DNA of 64,000 nucleotides from the human T2T-CHM13v2.0 reference genome, Homo sapiens, in the NCBI RefSeq assembly GCF_009914755.1, contig NC_060934.1; one strand, 5' to 3'. The notes beneath the pieces are model-generated. The model had not been told where the DNA came from and made no database searches. It saw nothing but the letters and a program-made list of their open reading frames with translations. The position numbers and the translations under genes were made by a program. Of the stretch, positions 1 to 13,509 are shown piece by piece; position 1 is the first letter of the stretch; each line of letters begins with the position of its first letter.

Positions 1-1024
1 GAATTTTTAAAAACTTGTATTCACCACCAGGATCTTAACAGCTTCTTGATACTTCAAGACTTTTCTGTCAATATCCGTGATGATATTAATGAGTGTGATT
101 TTTTATATTACATAATGAAATGTGTTAACATCTGAAAGAGCTGCATAACTTAGCAAACTGATATATTTTCCTTATGACCAATACCACAAGCCATGCATAG
201 GTAAAATATTCTTTCAAAGTGCATGACCAAAAGATTGTGATGTAAAAACAGATATAAAAATTGCATTGATGTGTTTCAGATTACATATTATGACTAACTT
301 TTAGGAACTACCATTTCTCAAGTTTTATTGTATTACTGAAGAATAGCCATAATTATTGGAAAGACTATTAAAATATCAGCCCTCATTTTCTAACCCCATA
401 TCTTTGTAAGACCAAATTTTAATATACTGTACTTCAACTCAAACTGCATATCACAACAGATTGAATGCAGAAGCAGATATGAGAATTCAGCTTTTTCCTA
501 TTAAGTATATAAAAAAAAAAGTCATACATTAAAAAGAGTCGCGGCCGGGCACGGTGGCTCACGCCTGTAATCCCAGCACTTTGGGAGGCCTACGTGGGCG
601 GATCACGAGGTCAGGAGATCAAGACCATCCTGGCTAGCATGATGAAACCCCGTCTCTACTAAAAATACAAAAACTTAGTCGGGCGTGGTGGCGGGCACCT
701 GTAGTCCCCGCTACTCGGGAGGCTGAGGCAGGAGAATGGCGCCAACCCAGTAGGCGGAGCTTGCAGTGAGCAACAGAGCAAGACTCCGTCAAAAAAAAAG
801 AGAGTCACAAAAATGTAAAACAATGCCGTTTTCTACTTTTTTGTTTCAAAAAATGTAGTTATTTATAAAATGTTACCTACATTAATATATTTATTATTGG
901 GGGCTTAGCACTGTCATTTCTATGTAAATAAATATTTAAAATTTTTCTATCTTAATTTCTAATACCGTAAATAGTGACAACTGTAACTCACATAAGCAAA
1001 AGCTCTTTAGGGTCCTCAGTCATA
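1..1024 (+). mobile_element. Charlie1-type hAT DNA transposon remnant (3' part), interrupted by an AluY and then by an L1
   Basis: 452-505 translates to HNRLNAEADMRIQLFPIK, resembling the Charlie/Buster transposase C-terminus. It is followed by the Charlie1 subterminal sequence (cataagcaaaagctctttagggtcctca). The element continues at 3973-4022. Confidence 0.85.
543..799 (+). mobile_element. AluY with ~31-nt internal deletion in the right arm
   Basis: ggccgggcacggtggctcacgcc start; AluY diagnostics (gagatcaagaccatcctggcta, ggagaatggcg, ggcggagcttgcagtgag); short A tail; imperfect TSD aaaaagagtcgc / aagagagtcac. Confidence 0.95.
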
Positions 1025-1028
1025 TGAA

Positions 1029-3972
1029 ATTTTTTTTTAACTTTTAGTTTAAATCCAGGGGTACATGGGCAGTTTTGTTACATAGATAAACTTGCATTTT
1101 TACAGGGGTTTGTTGTACAGATTATTTCATCACCCAGGTATTAAGCCTAGTACACATTAGTTATTTTCCCTATTCCTCTCCTTCCTCCCATCCTCCACCC
1201 TTCAATAGGCCCCAGTGTGTGTTCTCCCCCTCTTTGTGTCTGTGTGGTCTCATTATTTAGCTCCCACTTGTAACTAAGAACATATGATATTTGGTTTTCT
1301 GTTCCTGTGTTAGTTTGTTAAGGATAAGGGCCTCCAGTTACATCCACGTCCCTGCAAAGGACATGACCTCATTCTTTTTTATGACTGCATAGTATTCCAC
1401 AGTGTATATGTATCACATTTTCTTTATCCAGTCTATCATTGATGAGCATGTAGGTTGATTCCATGTCTTTGCTATTGTGAATAGTGCTGCAATGAACATA
1501 TGCATGCATGTGTCTTTATAACAGAATTCTTCCACATAGTTGAACTAATTTACACTCTCACCAACAGTGCATAAGCATTTCTTTTCTTCCAAAATCTTAC
1601 CAGCATTTGCTGTCTTTTGACTTTTTAACAATAGCCATTCTGACTGGTATGAGATGGTATCTCATTCTGGTTTTGATTTACATTTCTCTAATGATCAGTG
1701 ATGTTGAGCTTCTTTCCATATGCTTGGCCACATGTATGTCTGCTTTTGAAAAGTGTCTGTTCATGTCCTTTGCCCATTTTTTAATGGGATTGTTTTTTTC
1801 TTTAAATTTGTTTAAGTTTCTTGTAGATGCTGGATATTATTAGACCCTTATCAGATGCATAGTTTGCGAAAATGTTCTCCCATTCTGTAGGTTGTATGTT
1901 TTCTCTCCTGATAGTTTTCTTTGCTGTGCAGAAGCTCTTTAGTTTAATTAGATATTATTTGTCAATTTTTGATTTTGTCACAATTGCTTTTGGCATCTCC
2001 TTCATGAAATCTTTGCCCATGCCTAAGTCCCAAATCGTACTGCCAAGTTGTCTTCCAGGGTTTTTATATTATTGGGTTTTACATTTAGGTCTTTAATCCA
2101 TTTTGAGTTAATATTTGTATATGGTGTAAGGAAGGGGTCCAGTTTCAATCTTCTGCATATGGCTAGCCAGTTATTCCTGCACCATTAATTAAATAGGGAA
2201 TCATTTCTCCATTGCTTGCTTTTGTCAGGTTTGTAGAAGATCAGATAGTTGTAGGTGTGTGGTCTTATTTCTGGGTTCTCTATTCCATTTCATTGCTCTA
2301 TGTATCTGTTTCTGTAATGCTACCATGTGGCTTTGGTTACCGTAGCCCGGTAGTATAGTTTGAAGTCTGGTAGCATTAGGCCTCCAGCTTTGTTCTTTTA
2401 ATTTAGGATTGCCTTAGCTATTCAGGCTCCTTTTTTGGTTCCATACGAATTGTAAAATAGTTTTTTTCTAGTTCTGTAAAGAATGTCAATTGTGGTTTAA
2501 TAGGAATAGCATTGAATCTATAAATTGCTTTGGGCAGTATGGCCATTTTAATGATATTAATTAAGCTAGCAGAAGACAAGAAATAACCAAAATCAGAGCT
2601 GAACTGAAGGATACTGAGACATGAAAAAACATCAAAAGATCAATAAATCCAAGAACTAATGTTTTGAAAATATTAATAAAATAGATAGATTATTAGCTAG
2701 ACTAATAAAGAAGAAAAGAGAGAAGATTCAAATAAACACAATCAGAAACAACAAGGGGGATATTACCACTGACTCCACGGAAATACAAACAACAATTACA
2801 GAATATTGTAAACACCTCTATGTACATAAACTAGAAAATCTACAAGAAATGGAAGGATTTCTGGACACATACCTCCTCCCAAGACTGAACCAGGAAGAAC
2901 TTGAGTCCCCGAATGGACCAATAACAAGCTCTGAAATGGGGACAGTAACAAATAACCTAAAACAAACAAACAAACAAAAAGCCCAGGACCAGACAGATTC
3001 ACAGCTGAATTCTACCAGATGTACAAAGTAGAGCTGGTACTATTCCTTCCGAAACTATTCCAAAAAATTGAGGAGGAGGGATTCCTCCCTAAGTCATTCT
3101 ATGGGGCCAGCATCATTCTGATACCAAAACCTAGCAGAGGTACAACAACAACAACAACAACAGCAATAAAAAGTTCAGGCCTAAATCCTTGATGAACACT
3201 GATGCAAAAATCCTCAACAAAATACTGGGAAACTGAATCCAGTAGCACATCAAAAAGCTTATCCACTAAGGTCAAGTAGGCTTCATTCCTGGAATGCAAG
3301 TTTGGTTCAACATACACAAATCAATAATTGTGATTTATTGCATAAGCAGGACTAAAGACAAAAACCACATGGTTATCTCAATAGATGCTGGAAAGGCTTT
3401 TGATAAAATTCAACATCCATTTATGTTAAAAATGCTTAATAAACTAGGTATTGCAGAAACATACCTCAAAATAATAAGAGCCATATATGACAAACCCACG
3501 GCCAACATCATATTGAATGGGCAAAAGCTGGAAGCATTCACCTTGAAAACCAGCACAAGACAAGTTTGCCCTCTCTCATCACTCCTATTCAACATAGTGT
3601 TGGAAGTTCTGGCCAGGGTAATCAGGCAAGAGAAATAAATAAAGGGCATTCAAATAGGAAGAGAGAAAATCAAACTATCCCTGTTCGTAGATGATACAAT
3701 CCTATGTCTAGAAAATCTCATTGTTTCAGCCCAAAACCTTCTTAAGCTGATAAACTACTTCAGCAAAGTCTCAGGATACAAAATCAATATGCAAAAATCA
3801 CTGGCATTCCTACACACCAACAAGAGCCAAGCTGAGAGCCAAATCATGAAAAAACTCCCATTCACAATTGCCACAAAAAGAATAAAATAACTTGGAATAC
3901 AGCTAACTAGGGAGGTGAAAGATCTCTACAAGGAGAACTGCAAACTACTGCTCAAAGAAATCAGAGTTGACA
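1029..3972 (-). mobile_element. 5'-truncated, 5'-inverted L1 (older L1PA, roughly PA11-16)
   Basis: Poly(T) at ~1029-1038, then antisense 3'UTR and ORF2 C-terminus to ~2561. Sense ORF2 (RT region; ORF 3294-3638 [10 protein letters not shown]...[14 protein letters not shown]) runs from ~2563 to 3972. There is also an internal deletion near 1527. Confidence 0.92.
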
Positions 3973-4022
3973 TACTTAAGGTTTGATAGAGGTCTTGAAG
4001 CCATAGAGTTTGAGAACCACTG
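3973..4022 (+). mobile_element. Charlie1 3' terminus with TIR (continuation of 1-1024)
   Basis: ggtcttgaagccatagagtttgagaaccactg matches the Charlie end ggtcctgagaccaaaaagtttgagaaccactg. Confidence 0.8.
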
Positions 4023-4222
4023 CCCTCAGGGTCAGAGGGAGGGACAAGAGGAAATGATAATCATCTTGCTTAAATCTGAAGTGGATGTTACTCAGCTGGG
4101 GTGGGGAAAGGTGTGTTGGGATCAGGGTTAGTTTAAGAGATATGGAGCCATGAAGCCAACCCTATGAAAGCCCGGGGCTGTAAAGGAAAGGGGCAGATGG
4201 AGAGGGAGGGCTGAGGAAATGG

Positions 4223-4378
4223 GAGAGCCAAATCATGAGTGAACTCCCATTCACAATTGCAACAAAGAAAATAAAATAGCTAAGAATACAACTTACAAGA
4301 GATGTGAAGGACCTCTTCATGGAGAACCACAAACCACTGCTCAGGGAAATAAGAGAGGACACAAACAAATGGAAAAAA
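4223..4378 (+). mobile_element. Short L1PA7/8-like ORF2 fragment
   Basis: gagagccaaatcatgagtgaactcccattcac...gggaaataagagaggacacaaacaaatgg; translates to [23 protein letters not shown]. Confidence 0.85.
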
Positions 4379-4384
4379 AAAGAA

Positions 4385-5650
<1,266 letters not shown>

Positions 5651-6035
5651 AGTCATTTGGCAATACATTTAAAATTGTGCTGAATCTGAAGGTTGGCAAG
5701 GGGAAGATGGTAAAGGTACAAATCTGTCAGACAAGTCACAGGAATAAGGTGGGCTAGTATCTTCTAGCAAGACACTTGGAATCTACTTCATATTATTTTC
5801 TTTCCTCAGTAATGAAATGACCAATAAGATGACATTGCAACAGGGCCTCTGTATGAAAGTTATGGGGAAGTAGAATAGAGAATGAACCATTGAGATTGAT
5901 TTTGGATTTGTTTTAAGAAAATCAGAAGATCATAATAAGATCTTCTGATAAGGTCATTATATGTATATGCGTAATGGTTCATTGTTTTGTGTAACTGACT
6001 AACCTTTAAAATGTTTTGTTAAAATAGTATTCTTT

Positions 6036-6260
<225 letters not shown>

Positions 6261-8607
6261 TCATATTTTAAGACCCATTGGTATTCCTCCCTATTTAAAG
6301 TTGAAGCATTGTGAAATATATAAGAACTTGCGTGCTGGGTAGTGTTTTGCACAAACCAGGAATTCATTGTGAATCTGTCTTTTCGGACACTTGGGGCACT
6401 GTGGAATTATTAATAGATGACTTTTTAAAATTTTACATTAAAAAATGTTTGTAGCCATAGAGAAGTCATATAACTGTCACAAACACAGTCTGTGTCTATA
6501 TGATGCCAACACAACCATTAAGGGAAGCACAAAATTGGATCAAACCAGTAATTTATTAGTTGTTTTATTCAATTTCTTTCCTTCTCATTTTTATTTTGTT
6601 TCATTATTTTCTTACTCCATGAAATAGGTTCACATGTGTAAACGCCGAGTTTATGTTTTAGTAATAGGCTTTTTTCCCCTCCAGAACACTAGTAGCATAC
6701 TTCCCACCTTAAAACTTTTAATTAAATAATTGAGCTGCCTTTTTTTTGTATTTTGTAGGCAGTGATATAAATATTTAAAACATTTTTTTAATGGACATAC
6801 ATTATGAGTTCGAAAGCCAATTAATTTTTTCTTCCAGAGGGTTTCTAAACTAACAGGATTTCTTCCAAAAATTTGACAAAAAATTGCATGATTTCTGATG
6901 TGCAGCAAAAACTAGGTATGTTCACCTTTGCATTTGTGGGTGCCTCCTATGTTTATGAATGGTTTCTTGTCCCATGGAGGTGGGAGGTGAAAAGTTTATA
7001 CTTGCTCACTAATGAATGCCTGGCAATGCCCAGTGAGGCAATATACATCTCTGCAGACTGAAAAAGCTGCTTTGAAAAACAAAATTTTAATTCATTATCC
7101 ACTACTGAATATTTTTATGAATCTAAACATTAGAAAAATGGACAGGATTAAATCTTCATCTTCATCTGTCCCAATTAAATCGTACTTTCTTCCACTTATA
7201 ACAATGCCATAATGCTATTCTAAGTGGTTTGTACTTCTAAGTTATTTACAAATTTGAAATATTGTATTTAAAATGTATGTCTGCTTTTCATCATTAAAAT
7301 ACCCTTCAATCACATCCAGTACTGAATTTGTATAACTGATAATTAAGGAATTTTAAAATGTAATAATAGGCATATTATCTCAAAGGAAGCCTTAATATTT
7401 CCAATCTGAAAATATTTATACATGCTGATTTTTTAATGCAAAATAATTTGACTAAGTACAGTTTAAATAGGCTCACCGTTTATTGGTGTGCGACCAAAAA
7501 GCTTGTTGGAATTATTGGCTTCTACATAGGCTGTTTTGATGTAAGCTAGAGGCAAACTAAGATGCTTTCCATTCCAGAAACTTTAAATATCTAGGAAATT
7601 CTACTGCATCCAAATATAAATGTGAAATTTCCATGAATATGAAAATTTAGTTGACTTGGGTTGTCAATATGACATATAGTTACGCATTTTGACTTTTAAA
7701 AAGTTTTTTTTTTCATTCTTTCATTTTTTTTTTTTTTAATGAGACTCAAATACACCTTCTGGGACAAATGAATGATTTTTTTGTGAGCAGAACTTAACAT
7801 AAACTAAGGTCTAATTTAGGGACCCTAACTGTCTGCATTTTAAGTTACTGGAGCAGGGGAATACCTAGAGTGCAGACATTAGGAGTTGTGTTGACAGAAA
7901 ACTGGCCCAGCTGCCACACTGGTCAAGTCACCCCACGGGTAAAACATCAAGAAAGATGCAAACTCAGTAACTTAGAATAAAGAAACCAAAATAAAAATAT
8001 CAACTGTATTTGACTCCTGTAACTTATCTGAATGGGTTTGCAATTGGTAAAAACACCTTGATATTGCAAAGTCACTGTGTTAGTAAGGCTATTTTTTTTA
8101 AATAATAAAAACATTTAAGTTTATAACTTCAACCCTGGTATGTTTCCCTCCCACATAATAGAATATTTAACTGAAATTATTTTTTTAAAGGGAGTCTTCT
8201 AATCTGGTTTGCATGTTAAGTACCAACTGAAAATAATAGCAAATGCTCAATAATTTTATAATTATTATGAGAAACTGAGTTATTAGTTGTAAATAGGCAT
8301 TGACCCATAATTAACCAATTAATTATTTATGGACTTGACTAAAATTAAAGAATAATATGAAGATGCCTCTATATCATGTCATGTATCCTAACACACCATT
8401 TTTTGTTGAATGAACTCTTTCCCATTAAAAATGATTAAGATACCTAGATCCTAACCACATATTTAATATCTTTTATAAAAACTAAAACAAAATTGCTGAT
8501 TCCCAGAGTAAAGAATTTGAATAACAGAGCCTATAGCTATTGATATAACTGTAGAGTGGTTTTAACACATTTTTAAAACTCTTTTTTTAAAGATTGATCT
8601 TAAAGCC

Positions 8608-8881
8608 TTCTCCTTTTTCTCTTTTCTTCCTCCCTTCCTTCCTTCTTTCCTCTCTTCCTCCTTCCATCCCTCCCCTCCCCTCCCCTCCCTTTCCCTCCTC
8701 GCCTCTCCCCTCCTCTCCCCTCTTCTCCTCTTCTCTCCCCTCTTCTCCCCTCCTCTGCCTTCCCGTCCCCTTCCCTCTCCTCTTCTCCCTTCCTTTGCTT
8801 TCCCTCCCTTCCCTTCTCTTCCTTCCTTCTTTCCTTCCCTTCCCTTCCTCCATTCCTTCCTTCCTTCCCTTCTTTTCTTTT
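8608..8881 (+). repeat. Polypyrimidine low-complexity tract (CCTT/CCTCC/CT units)
   Basis: ~270 bp almost entirely C/T on the + strand. Confidence 0.95.
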
Positions 8882-9279
8882 GTGAGATCCTATAGCCTAT
8901 GACTGGCTTTAGAAATATGTTTGCAGGCTGGTTTTACTAACATCTCAAACACTTTTTAAAATGCTTTTTTTTAAAGAATAAAATCAACTTGTACTACACC
9001 AAATAGAATCATCCTGTCGTTATTTTAATTTATCAAAAGCATTTTCAATTAAGAAGCTGTTAACTTAGACTTTAGGAAGACATCTAGGAGTAGTTAAATA
9101 TTACTAACTTATTTAATTTTATTAAAAAGAAAAATTAAGCTTTGTTGAGTATTAAGATCAGTATTAACATTAATATTTAGTATATATTTTGATCCTCAAA
9201 TGTTATCGTAGCCTGAACCTGGCTATACATTCCTTTGTATTATCTTTTTATTTGCTCCATCCAATTCTTTGTTTCACAG

Positions 9280-9413
9280 GTCAAAATGGAAAGACTTTGC
9301 AAGAATTATTTTTAAAAAACAGCAGCTACAAATCTGTTGTTATATTCATGATAATGAGAAACACATGGATTGATCCCCCTAAGTACTAAAGTTTCACAAT
9401 TCAGGGCAAGAAG
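9280..9413 (+). other. Candidate non-coding exon
   Basis: Acceptor ttctttgtttcacag|G and donor AAG|gtgagg enclose 134 nt with stops in all three frames. Motif evidence only. Confidence 0.3.
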
Positions 9414-9759
9414 GTGAGGAAAGACATTTGGGGCCTCATTGCTGAATACATCACTTTTTGCAGACTAAGATGGGTTGCTAAAAATAAAAACATGTAAATT
9501 TATCTCTCAATACAATTTTATTACAGATGCCTAATTGTGTTAATTATGTGTTACATGTGTTGTCTCACAAGGTAGCCAGCTATTTACATTTCAAACATGT
9601 TTCACATTTCTGTTCATCTCCTTCAGTGGGTGTGTAATTGCTTAACAAGCTGCTTCTATGACATTTAAAACAAAAATATAGCTGTTCCCAACTAGAACTA
9701 TGTTGCAATTTTAGAAAGCTCAGGAAGTCGGTCCCCTTTCTCCCTCCTTAGTTAAAAAA

Positions 9760-9790
9760 AAGAGAGAGAGAATGAGAGAGAGAGAGAGAG
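9760..9790 (+). repeat. (GA)n microsatellite
   Basis: agagagagagaatgagagagagagagagag. Confidence 0.9.
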
Positions 9791-10368
9791 GGCAGCAGGT
9801 AGGCGGATGCAGTTTAAAGCTTTGATCGATAAAAACTGGGATTAGAAAATCCCAGCTTGCGTGTATTGCATCAATAAAGTGAGCATTCTGAACACCCAAA
9901 CTGAATTTACCATTTGCACCAGGCTGCGCCCAGTGGCTTGAGCCCTCTCCTTGTACCACTTAGGACACTAGTAGAACAGCTGATCATGGGTTCTCCACCT
10001 GCACGGGAAAGAGAAGCAGAAGAACCAAAGCTATGCTATCCAGCCCCACCCTAGGCTCATAGCTCATGGCCCAATGCTTCCCTGGAAGATCTAAGGGTTG
10101 AGCAAGGGGCCGGGGTGCTCAAGGAAACCCCTCATTATGTTAACCAGAGGTATAGGGAATAAATAATACTAAAGGGCTACTTCAATTATTTTTCTTATGC
10201 AGGCTTCATCTTATGAAAGAACTGTTTCTGCCAAAGGAACTTCATCTTTTAAGCAGTAAATATAATTTCCAATTTTAATTTTTCAAGGCATATAAAACTA
10301 ACTGCCAATTGAGCAAAAACTAACCCATACTAACTCACAGATACTAACTCACAAATGAGTTAGCATTA

Positions 10369-10401
10369 TTAGGTTCGTGCAAAAGTAATCGTGGTTTTGC
10401 A
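10369..10401 (+). mobile_element. Half MADE1 / solo Hsmar1 terminal inverted repeat
   Basis: ttaggttcgtgcaaaagtaatcgtggttttgc resembles the MADE1 TIR ttaggttggtgcaaaagtaattgcggtttttgc; preceded by TA. Confidence 0.8.
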
Positions 10402-10740
10402 TCAAGCAAAAGCAAAGAAATTTGGTATATTATTTAGCTTCTGGTAAAATATCATTTACATTTTTGAAATATTTCATCTGGGTCTGAGATACCAATTATT
10501 ACTTTTGGGGCTCTCCAGGGATTATGGTAGCATGGATTGGAAACCACTGTTCCTCTCTTCATCCACTGAGACACTAAATCATTTTTTGTTCTTTTACTCA
10601 AGTAATTAATTACATTAAATATGAATGCAAAACAACAGATCTTCCCATTCTGAAACTTTCTAAATGAAGCTACATCCCAGGTTGATAGGTAGTAATCAAC
10701 CTTACCAGATGCTAAGTTCTTGTTTCAAGATTCTACGTGT

Positions 10741-10927
10741 AATAATAGCTATACTAATAATTATTCATAAAGAATCTACTACGTGTAAACCACTATGCTG
10801 GGCTTTTTGATTCACTCTGTAATTTATTTCCCCAAGTAACATTCAGACAGCTTAAGTAAATTGCCCATGGACACACAGTTTATAAGTAACAGATACAGGA
10901 TTTAACTCTAGTCTGTTTATTCCAAAC
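10741..10927 (-). mobile_element. MIR
   Basis: Antisense MIR core (ttaagtaaattgcccatggacacacagtttataagtaacaga...ggatttaactctagtctg). Confidence 0.7.
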
Positions 10928-10944
10928 TGTTTGCTATTTTCTTT

Positions 10945-11269
<325 letters not shown>

Positions 11270-11849
11270 ATGTTTGCTATTTTCTTTATACTAGTACAAG
11301 AAAAAGAAAGCTAAAAGGTATGAACTTTTATGCTCGTATGTTGCATATATCACAAAAGAAAGGAATTTTTGCTATGAAAGATTAAGAAATTTAATTTACT
11401 ATGTACATAAATTATTTTCCATCTCCGCTTGCCCGTTATTTCTCTTAATTTTTGTTAATACTATATTTTTAGTATGTCTATTAGTAATAACTTTTGGTAT
11501 TATAAATGTTACTTTTAAACTTATTTTTCTTGATCTATCGATTTTCAGTGGTGCTTTTTGATGCCACTTTAAGCAGTTTTTTATTTGTGCCATGATTTCT
11601 TAGACAGATTTCTGGTTTGCCTGGTGTTTTCAATGCCTTTTGTTTTTTTCTTATTGATAAAAGATGTTTATGACTTCGCTATACCACTAAAATCATTCAA
11701 ATTTCTAAATATAGCATTTTTAAAGTAATTCTTCTTGAAGATATTCTACTTGGATTTAGGTTAATTGACCACTGCCAACCTGAAATTACTATTCTTTGCA
11801 ACCATGAATTAAATCTACTTTTTCTTGGATACTGTATTTATTCTCCTGG

Positions 11850-12420
11850 TGAATGTTGTAAGTTTATGTTTTTATTCAGAAAATTTATTTTTAGGAATCT
11901 TACTTTTGCACTTTTGAAAGTACTTTTATTTTAATACTTGACAATGTCATGGAATACAAAATTTTAGGTAAAAATTTTTGCTATCAGGACTTTGAAGGCA
12001 TTTTTCCATCTTCTTTTAACTTGTGGTGTTGCTGATGAGAAATTTCATAACTATCTAATTTATTTCATTGTTCCTAACATATTCTTTCTCTCTACCAGCT
12101 TACATCATCTTCCTTATTTCTCTGTGTCCTGTCATTGTTGAAGCGCTTCCCAGTCGGTTTCCTTGTTTACTGTCCTAATTACTCTTTGGACTCTCCTGTT
12201 CAGCAAAAGTTCCTTTCCAATATTCCGTACACCCTTTGCTGCAGCCTCTTACATATTTATTCTGTCCTGTGGCTGCTTAAAGTGCCTTATTCTATAGTTC
12301 CTCAATCAGAAATTTATCAAAATCTCAAGTTTACTTATGATCGATATCTTCAGCACTGTAGGAAAAATTTTCCTTTTGTAAATATTACTGTTTCAGTAAG
12401 AAATTGGAAGGGAAGTAAAC
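11850..12420 (-). mobile_element. Ancient L1 (L1ME-like) fragment
   Basis: Degenerate antisense ORF1-region motifs (ggaatacaaaattttaggt, ctttgaaggcatttttccat, tgttgctgatgagaaattt). Confidence 0.5.
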
Positions 12421-13149
12421 AGGCATGGCTGGTCAACCTTCTTGAACTGTCATGAGTAGGATTTTGGTGTCATAAATAAAAGGAGGATAAGTATTATTGG
12501 AAATCTTCAACATTGACACCATACAGCAATCCTTCCAGATTCCCCAAATCAGTTAAGTTTCCTATTTGTTCTATTTACAATTTTAAATCTTCTTCAAAAT
12601 TCCTTGGCCTTCTAACTTACCACCTCCCAAGCAGTCTAGGTCTTGTAAAGAAAGAACATAGAACACATTGAAAGCAATTTTTGAAACTTCTCAATACAAA
12701 ATCTATACTTTGCTTGAATGCACACTTATTCTTTTCTTCCTTGCATGTGTTACATTTGGAAAAGGATTCTTTCCTCTTCTCTTAGGTAATCATTCCTTAA
12801 TGCCCAAGATCTCAGCCCCTTCTACTTCCTTATGGCCTAGTTCCACCATCAACCCCATGCTCTGCTCTGTCCACAACTTTTCCTCCACAATTGCCTCCTT
12901 CCTATTAAAATTGAATATGCTTGTCCGTCATCTCAGCCCAGCTGCCCTTGATTCTGTATTATCAACAACTGTTCCCCACATTGGTCACCTTCCTTTCATA
13001 GTCACGTTCTACAAAGGGCTTTCTATACTCATCTCCATTTTATATTATATATAATACATATTTATTTTATATACCATATAATATATACATACTATATTAT
13101 ATATATACACATACCATGTATAAATACATATAATATGTAGGTATGGTAA

Positions 13150-13500
13150 CCTACTATACTTGAAATGTAGCTTGCCTTTTTCACTTAACAATATATTGGA
13201 GGCAATATATTTAAAAAGTAGTTTTTAAAAGCTATGATGTATTCCTTTGTATAACTGTGCTATAATTTATCTAGTCAGTTGCATATTATATGCCATTTAT
13301 TATAGGTTTCTTTCAGTCTCATTATTGAAAACATTAATGCAAAAAAAGTTGGTGTCCATATGTCATTTCATGTTTGTAGGCTTATATATAGAGAGAATAA
13401 TTTCTGAATAGTTAAATCATGGGTTGAAGGATATGAGAATTCTTAATATTAACCAACATTGACAAATTGCTTGCCATGGAAATTATTCTGGCATTCTTTC
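13150..13500 (-). mobile_element. Ancient L1ME 3' fragment
   Basis: cttgcctttttcacttaacaatatatt...ataatttatctagtcagtt is typical of antisense L1ME 3'UTRs. Confidence 0.55.
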
Positions 13501-13509
13501 CTATAAGTA

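Noticed and set aside
3834-4378. Apparent local duplication of an L1 ORF2 segment
   Set aside because: The two copies carry different subfamily-type substitutions, so they are homologous L1 pieces rather than a tandem duplication.
8587-8902. Low-complexity ORFs on both strands
   Set aside because: They are translations of the C/T tract. The same applies at 38317-38745 and 28305-28514.
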